A stretch of DNA of 63,045 bases, the filler included, from Reticulomyxa filosa (taxonomy: Eukaryota; Protista; Foraminifera): assembly GCA_000512085.1 (NCBI GenBank). It is 14 parts of 14 records of this genome, joined end to end, with 100 filler letters (N's around TTAATTAATTAA, not from the genome) between each part and the next. Parts side by side here need not be neighbours in the genome. Positions count along the whole stretch, not along the records: positions 55,485 to 58,311 come from ASPP01012340.1; positions 58,412 to 61,059 come from ASPP01025408.1; positions 61,160 to 63,045 come from ASPP01008531.1; 11 more parts are not named here. The stretch is one strand, 5' to 3'. Below are positions 55,524 to 63,045 of this stretch, piece after piece; positions within the stretch are counted from its first letter, which is position 1, and every line of letters starts with the position of its first letter. A model generated the notes under the pieces. That model made no database searches. It was not told where the DNA came from and saw only the letters and a program-made list of their open reading frames with translations. Both the position numbers and the translations under genes were made by a program.

Positions 55524-56789
55524 CGATACTAATGCGAATGATTACTATTATCATGATTGTGCTCATCACTGTGATCATGATTGTGATCATCGTCATCATC
55601 ACGATCATCATAAGTGTGATTATGAGCACATACATGATGTCATTGCTGATGGCACTGAAAGCAATGCCAGCCAAGAAGCAGCAAAGCGACAATGGGATAT
55701 CTACAAATTGTGGAAGCGCTACAAGAAAAAGGGCAAAAAAAAGCTGGATCAAAGGAAAATTCTGTCTCGATATGTAAAGTCCAATGCAACGGCTGCGGAA
55801 GTGGACTTGTCCAACCAACTCCACAAAATCGATTTGTTCGTCCATTATTACAAAGAACACATCAATTTGCCGCAATACTTGCCTGCGTTCATTCAAAACT
55901 TTTGTGCCGATTTAAACATGCTGGAATGCTTTGATCACAAGTCCTTGAAGGACATTGGTGTCCTTTCCACTGTTCATCAAAAGTTTATTCACAATCAATT
56001 TCAAAAATTTATTCTTGAACACAAAGAGGTATTGTTTTTTTTGTTTTTTTCCTTACTGACTCTGTTTTGTTTTATGCACGTCGCATTTCCAAATACATTC
56101 GAAATGTACTAACTTTGCAGTTCAAACATTGGCTCAAACGCGAATTGCAATTACCACAATATATCGAACAATTTGAAAATTGTGGTGTCTTTCGCTTTAA
56201 AGATTTGCAGCAACTTGTCACAACGACCACTGATTTAAGACGTGTCTTGCAAATACGTAATCGTCAACATTTTCACATCATTCAGCGTGCGATACAACAA
56301 CAATTTACCGGCTTGTCCACTATCTACCAGTTATCATATATATTGCACATATATTTGTTCCTCTCGCTCCATTTTCTTCAGATATTCTTATCTCTTTTTT
56401 ATTTTGTGTTTGGCTGAGATGTCACAGAAAAAAAAAAAAAAAAATGAAACGATACAAATAACAGGAAAAAGGAACGCTGTTCAACAACAATCTCCAATAC
56501 AACCTCCAATGACAGCTCCCAGAAACACGAGCGAACAAATTCAACAGACTCGAAAAGAAAACACAATGATAGACGCAAAGCTTCAACATTGCACAAAGCT
56601 AAACACAGAAATCACAACAATAATGACCCAAAAAAAACTAGTCATGGCCATAGGCAACATAAAGATACAAAACTTTAAAAAAAAAACACAAAAGATACTC
56701 TGAGAAAAGCTCAGGGAAATATCGTTCACATTCGTCCTCTTCTAAACGACATCCAAAAAATAAAAGTGAAGCTAATGATTCGTCCTAGC
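55486..56789 (+). CDS. Tandem SAM-domain protein with His/Cys/Asp-rich segment and basic tail, 5'-truncated
   Basis: INLPQYLPAF...SLKDIGVLSTVHQK and WLKRELQLPQYIEQFENCG...LQIRNRQH; intron 56029-56120. Confidence 0.7.
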
Positions 56790-57419
56790 CTGTCTAATCT
56801 TTATAATTTCTATTTTTTGTTATATATTTTCAAAATTTTTTTCATTCAAGAACAAACATCCATATCTCATGATGTGAAGATTTTTAAAAATTGAATTTTG
56901 ATTTCATGTTTTCAAAAATCATGTGAAAAATAACATTTTATCCTGAACAAAATTTATAACCATTTTAAAAAAAGAAATTAGGATTAAATGTTTGTTTTTC
57001 TATTACGGAGATCGGTTGTCTACTTTATGTTTTAAGTTTTTTTGTAACTTATTGTATAAAACAGAAATTTTTTTTTTCAATGTTAAAATCTTCATAAGAC
57101 GTAGTAACTAATTTTCGTATCTTATGTTACGAACACAAATATTATAGTCTAAAAAAAGAATTTACATTTAAAAACTTTAACAAAAAAAATCTTTTTTCAA
57201 ATATTTTGTCTGTTTTTATGAATAAAAAGTGGCAATCATGTGCTAAAAACTAATGAGTTAACAAAAGTAATACTGTTAATTGTATGTATATTATTTAAAA
57301 AAAACAATAAATATAATATAGTACTTTATGAAAAAAATTGATTTTCTACCGAAAAACAACATTTATTAATTTCTTCAAAATATATACAAATGTTAGAGTT
57401 TTTAAATATTATACTTGCT

Positions 57420-57639
57420 TGTAGGGCAAGTCCCTATTATAAGTATCCGAATGTCAAGGGAACTGAGGAATCCACAGTAGGTCAAACTTACTAACAAACT
57501 TTTCTAACTTCTTACTTTTCTTTTGTTATATTGTTTTATTATTTAAATTAATTTCGTTTTACGAAACACCTATTCTCTTATTAGTAAACACCTCTCGTAT
57601 TACAGTTAGTGCACCAATACTATCATCAGACGTCTCACA
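57420..57639 (-). mobile_element. Solo-LTR-like element (220 bp), TG...CA ends, TGCT target-site duplication
   Basis: tgct|TGTAGGGCAAGTCCCT...GACGTCTCACA|tgct; diverged reverse-complement copy of 35022-35243. Confidence 0.75.
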
Positions 57640-58210
57640 TGCTTTTAAATAAAGTCATTACATGTTAAACAATTTTTTCCTTTTACAATTTAAAAATTTT
57701 TATCGTTGTAGTAAATTAGTTGTTTGTCTATACTGAAATATCAAATTGCTCTTTAAAAAACGAAACTAGTTTAAATAAAAGAAGAATATAAAACAACAAC
57801 GACAATAACAACAACAAGAGAATAAAGAAAGTTTGAAGAAAAGGTAAGTAAGTTGTTGTAAAAAAGGTGTTTTATAGGTTACGTCGGAACCTTTGTAAAG
57901 TTTTACTTTGATTATTGACTAGATCATGCGAATTTGAAGTGAGCTTAATCAAGTTTATTTTTTTTTGTTCAAACACTTATTTACTGCTTTGTATTTGTGG
58001 AATTTTGCATATCTTGTAAAACAATCATTTTCTATTATTGTATAAAAAATATTTAATTCTTATTAGCATTTTATAACATAATATTTCTTTTTAAATTGTA
58101 AATTAACAATCATTCAATTTTGCAAGAATGTCAACACATTTAGCACCAAAGTACTCACATGATATGATTTTACACCAACAAACCTTGACTTTCTAAACAT
58201 ATTAATCACT

Positions 58211-58311
58211 TGTAGGGCAAGGCCCTATAAATATCTGAACGTTGAAGTGTAGTGAGTCTACATTGAAGAGCTTCACTAAATGTAATACGAAATATTGTTA
58301 CTCTCAATGAG
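58211..58311. mobile_element. Two abutting or nested fragments of the same solo-LTR family in opposite orientations
   Basis: 58211-58247 TGTAGGGCAAGGCCCTAT... matches the 57420 end; 58248-58311 TGTAGTGAGTCTACATTGAAGAGCTTCACTAAATGTAATACGAAA... is near-identical to 35022-35086. Confidence 0.7.
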
Positions 58312-58617
58312 NNNNNNNNNNNNNNNNNNNNNNNNNNNNNNNNNNNNNNNNNNNNTTAATTAATTAANNNNNNNNNNNNNNNNNNNNNNNNNNNNNNNNN
58401 NNNNNNNNNNNTTTACTTATTGCTGTTCCTATTGATGTAGAAACGTCGTAGAAAGCCGGAATTGGTCCTAAAATAATATACGCTTTTCACACTAAGAGAA
58501 TATGTTTATTTCGTTCTTGTATGAAAAATACATACTTTAAAACAAACTAAGATATATGACTCATCGCTTTCATTTTTGCAAAGTCGTACATACGTAGAAT
58601 CACTTTTACTCGATACA

Positions 58618-58663
58618 GTTGAGATTTCAAAAGATAAACCAAAAACACACTTTTTTAGAACTC
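58618..58663 (+). repeat. Dispersed 46-bp repeat also present at 574-620, next to palindrome 1
   Basis: agttgagatttcaaaagataaaccaaaaacacacttttttagaactc vs agttgagctttccaaagatacaccaaaaacacacttttgtataactc. Confidence 0.7.
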
Positions 58664-59622
58664 ATAGCTTCAATACATTAATTGCACATTGTAAGATGTA
58701 TATATAAATCTACTAATATTTTTTTTTCTAAAATTTTCATAATATATTCTTTGGCAATTTCATTCAAAGTTCATGTTATATTTCTATCAAAAGAAAAAAA
58801 TTTTTCATTTATGAATTGACAAAAGATTTTAAAATAACAATAACAAACATTTTTATGATTTATGACAATATAGATTGTTTTTTTCATTTGTGAATGAATC
58901 AAAGAAATCAAAAAATCATTACCGAATTATTTGTAATCATTCATATTTTTTTTTTAACAAAAAAATATTACATATTTGTATTGATATTCTTTTTTTTTTG
59001 AAATGATAAGTTAATAAGAGAACGTAATAGATTAAAGATGAAATGAAAATGTATATTAAATTGAAATGAAATTTATTAACAACATTGATAATGACTAATG
59101 TATTATAACAATAATACTTTTTTTCTTAATAAATAGAAATATGATCCAAAAAAATTGGTAAAACAATACAGTAAATTAATTTCAAGAATATTTTCATGAC
59201 ACAAAAGGGTTTTGAACGTGTTTATAGACTTTGTGTGAATGCAAAGCCGTAAGAAACTGCAAGTATGTGAACATTTTCCCTTTCCTTAAAGTGATCACAG
59301 TTCTCGTTTTCCAAAGGCTTAACGAAAACCAATAAGCTATCTTTTGTTTTTTAGAAGAAAAAAAGTTTACAAGAAGAAATTGACAATGTAAATTTGCAAA
59401 AAGAAATCTAAAATTTACTATAGATACGCTAATATTAACTTACATAAATTGTGCAGCAAAATACAATAATCTTTGTCTGATCAAAAGAGAAATAGCATGT
59501 CAAGAAGAAAAACTTAAATAAAGAATAACTTGTCTCAAAAATAATTTGCAATTTGATTGGGAGTTACTAGAATGATTTAATACATTAAATTTCAAATTAA
59601 ATTCTTTATTCGAAAAAAATGA

Positions 59623-60234
59623 AAAGTAGATGAAAATGAAGCAGAAACTTCGAATAATGACGAATTTGAAGAAATTTTTTTCAATAGCATTAATTTAAAA
59701 GATTTGGCAAGTAATGAACCAAATTTATCATTAGATGACTTTATTGAAAAAGCTTTAAGTATACATAATAATCATCGGTCAATGGTGAACAAATTGTTTG
59801 ATTAAATCAAATTACAAAATTAGAACAAAATCATTTATGTCGATGATCAAATAGTTGGCTGGTTCGGCTTTACATGAGCTGAAGAAATGTCTGATTTTGA
59901 GAATGTTTTACTTGAAAATGCTATTGAATTTGATCAATTTCCAATGATGAAATTAGCAATCTTCGATCAAGCATGTATGTGTGTTAGTTGATATAAACCA
60001 AAAAATTTAGTTTGAAAGTATTACAGCACGTTACAACGCGTATTGAAAAGCTATGAACATTATCGATACCAATGTGCAAATACAAAATGGCAGAAAGAAA
60101 GACAACTATTGATAAAATATCTTACACAAGCTACATTTAAATGGAGAAAACAATTTATTTATGTTGCAACAACCCCTATTGATTGCCAAAGAATATATTT
60201 AAATGGTGTGGTAGCAAAGATTTGTCTTCATTAA
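59623..60234 (+). pseudogene. ~200-codon decayed reading frame with five in-frame stops
   Basis: One protein-like frame with stops TAA 59803, TAG 59821, TGA 59875, 59989, 60013. Confidence 0.5.
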
Positions 60235-60409
60235 AAAAAATTTTAAATATCACAATAAAAAAAGCAAGTCAATAAAATAAAATTAAAAAAATCAGTTTAA
60301 TTCGAAAATATAGCATTTGTTGCATTTGAAACTTGCGCAGCAGCTTCCTCATTACCAGACTACTTTTCAAAACAGCTTTTACAATACAATAAAAAAGTGA
60401 TACATAATA

Positions 60410-60555
60410 CAGTAAAATGCAAAGTAAAGTTGACACCTAAAACGGCACCTTATAGAGATGATAGGTTTTCTTTATGAACAAACAACATTTGACCTAGTTT
60501 TTAAATATCATTTTGGTTTTTTTATTACTTCTTTACTAATTGTTTCAAAAATTTG
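60410..60555 (+). mobile_element. Diverged left end of the 43028-43946 MITE family
   Basis: ta|CAGTAAAATGCAAAGTAAAGTTGACACCTAAAACGGCACCTTATAGAG...TTTTCTTTATGAACAAACAACATTTGACCT aligns with 43028-43200. Confidence 0.65.
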
Positions 60556-61220
60556 AATATTTTATTCATTTTTGAAAATTTTCGAGAAAAAGTTGACAAT
60601 CGTGCCTATGAAATTGCCAACTTTTTTAAAAGCATTTCAGAAAGTCGTATTTAAAGCATTATTACCAAACTTTGTGTATCCAATTGTGCGTCACTCAGGC
60701 GGAAAATGACATCAAAAAGGACATCAGCCAGACGAAGAGTCTGATCATAATTTTTTTTTTTAAATATTGAAGAATAAAGACGAGAAGATGGAGCGAAACT
60801 ACCAACAATAAGAGATAATACGAAATGTCTGAGGTTTTTCATTTATTTTTAAAAAGCAAAAAAAAAAATTTTGCAAACAAGAAGATTTGCTGGATTTGTT
60901 CTTTTCCTCTTCAGTTGTTCATGAAGCAGTGGAGTATAAATAGAGGAATAGAATTGGTAAGAAGTTTAAAGTTGAGTCAAAAGAAGAAGAAAGAAAAGGA
61001 CAACAACTATAATGCATATCATAGTTCCTTATGTAATGTTTGCTGTTCTTGTTGTTGTTNNNNNNNNNNNNNNNNNNNNNNNNNNNNNNNNNNNNNNNNN
61101 NNNTTAATTAATTAANNNNNNNNNNNNNNNNNNNNNNNNNNNNNNNNNNNNNNNNNNNNAAAAAAAAAAAAAAACCAATAAAAATGTAAAAAGCCAAACA
61201 TAATTACATTTCCACAATAG

Positions 61221-61893
61221 ATGCGGAATTGGACGAATTAAATTTAAATTTTGACATGGGAGATGCATCAGACAGCCAAGGGTCACTGAAAAATCCTTTG
61301 TCGTCTTTATCACCTGTCAAGACTCTGAAAAACGTTTCATGTGTACGTGTCAAGATTGGCCATTTGGAGCAAAAGACGTATCGGCAAGAGCTTGCATTGG
61401 AAAATGCAGAGCTTAATCTCAAACAAATTAATGGGTAAAAAAAACCACCTTTTTTTATTTGTTCCTTTGGCACGTGCCCATCTCTTTCAAAAAAAAAGGC
61501 CCTCCTTTCTTCGTCGTTAGAGGGATAACAAATCCAATTACACTTTTTTTTTTTTTTAAAAAAAACAACAGAAAGTTTGAGCCATTGAAAATGACAGCAG
61601 AAAAATACACTGACAAAAAAATGTTTGAGTTGAAAAAATTACTTGACAAAATTATCGAAATAAATAAAAAAACGTCGAAAAAATTTGAAAAGGAACTAGA
61701 AGTGGCTTGCAATAATAATGCCAAAATCAATGCTGACGTTTCCAACTTGCAAGGGCAAGTCAGTTATATTGCAGAATGTGTCGCTCAGTTGCAAGCTCAA
61801 GTCTTTGGAAACTACGAAACCACACAAGAAAGCAAACTCTTGCAAAAGCAACGCGGCCCCAAATTTCGTCTTGCTACTGAATTCGACCAATAA
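61221..61893 (+). CDS. C-terminal exons of a coiled-coil hypothetical protein
   Basis: Two exons (…LKQING | KFEPLK…ATEFDQ*) joined by a GT-AG intron ~61436-61571; heptad pattern. Confidence 0.6.
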
Positions 61894-63045
61894 TAAGCGA
61901 TATACATACATGTACATGTATATACTTATTATATATTTTGTTCACGCTTGGTGAACGCTCTTGGTCAGTATTTCCTCTCATTAACATTTTTTTTTTTTTT
62001 TTGATTGCAAAAGGGATGGTTTAAGTGTCTTAGATGTTGTAATATTATCCATTTTTGTTTTTCCATTGGACATTCTTTTCCTTGAAAGTAGTTTTGTTTA
62101 CGAAAACGTATCATACTTTATTTCGCACTGCTTCCTGTGCATGGACCCGTTAAACTGTCCTTAAAGTTTTGTAAAGGATTAACAAAAAAAATGTTGCACC
62201 AAAATCTCGTGCATGGAGTGATTAGCAAAGTAAAAGAATGCTGCAAAGCCTCAGACTCTCATTTTTCTCGTTTTACAACTCACACGAAAAGCGTTTTTTT
62301 CTTTTTTGGGAAGGAACTATTTTTTAAAGGGTCACAAACAAGCACCGATTAGACTTTATTTGCCGATGAAAACCAAATATGGAAATTTGAGAAAGTGAGA
62401 GAGCGTTTGTATTTTGATTGATGTTCTTTGTTGTTACTTGTGTCGTCTGAATTAGACTTCCCTTGGCCATATATTTGTGTAATGCGAATTCTATAAAGTT
62501 TGAGAATGGATGAGCCGATTATCATTTTGAAGAAAACAAGATTCAATTTAATAACTTTTGAAAACACAAACTCAAGAAAAGCGTTTTTGTGTATCTTTTT
62601 TTTAAAATTCAAACTGAATCTTAAAAAACGTAAAATTTAGGGATGTTTCTCAGAATGACATGCACCGGGCACAATAAAATTGATGACGATTAACCACACC
62701 TTTCGGAGGTGATAACAAAAAACGTATCCCAAAATGATTTTTAAAAACTGTATATAAAAACAAGTGCACTATTTTCAGTGAAAACCGAAAGTATGTGACT
62801 ACTCCAAACCAGAAACGTATATTTTTCAGTTCAACAACAGTTTGTTTTACAAAGCAGGCCAAAAACACTGTGCAAATAGTAAAAGTACTTGGCAATGCTT
62901 TGGAATCCGACAACATTGAAAAATAAACAAAAAGGTCAGATATCGACAATGAGTCTTGATTTTTTTAGAAATAATTTCTTATAATTTTTTTTGAGGGGGT
63001 ACAAGAGGGCTGAGCAACAAAAAAAAAGCTTTTTGACACCTGCGT

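Noticed and set aside
60587-60626. 14-bp inverted repeat (aaaaagttgacaat/attgccaacttttt) resembling a terminator
   Set aside because: Eukaryotic AT-rich context, single copy, compatible with chance or MITE interior
3931-61159. Regularly recurring TTAATTAATTAA motif flanked by Ns, resembling a repeat array or CRISPR
   Set aside because: Artificial six-frame-stop linker; ORFs ending in XXX-LIN are artefacts
62100-62960. Minus-strand hydrophobic ORF fragments
   Set aside because: Interrupted by stops, no family motif; at most an unassignable pseudogene
1-63045. tRNA, rRNA, CRISPR arrays or prokaryotic defence systems
   Set aside because: None recognised by eye; the sequence is spliced eukaryotic DNA (tRNAscan/Infernal not run)

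Overview
Eukaryotic, AT-rich, intron-rich protist DNA, not a prokaryotic locus. The window is 14 contig fragments joined by 13 identical artificial 100-nt linkers (N44-TTAATTAATTAA-N44, stops in all six frames), so adjacency across linkers means nothing biologically. Gene style (short GT-AG introns full of homopolymers and microsatellites, Asn/Glu low-complexity exons, decayed gene copies) suggests a foraminiferan such as Reticulomyxa filosa; this is inference, not a database match. Recognisable genes, mostly partial: PDS5, a probable NOT3 fragment, SMG8, a TLC-domain protein, an STE20/MST kinase, a steroid 5-alpha-reductase/TECR-like enzyme, a P4-ATPase flippase, a BEACH-WD40-FYVE (WDFY3/ALFY-like) protein, a TBC-TLDc protein running directly into a GT49 (LARGE-like) domain, and a tandem-SAM protein. 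The best candidate for an undescribed system is a roughly 2,100-aa receptor-like surface protein (14405-21195): signal peptide, duplicated Cys-rich ectodomain, PT stalks, multipass membrane domain with an XK-like motif, and a cytoplasmic tail. Repeats found by eye: two long hairpins with GGCGCC cores, a family of ~220-bp TG...CA solo-LTR-like elements with 4-bp target-site duplications, a Tc1/mariner-type MITE family, and LINE remnants. Several conserved genes carry single-base frameshifts at homopolymers, most likely sequencing errors.
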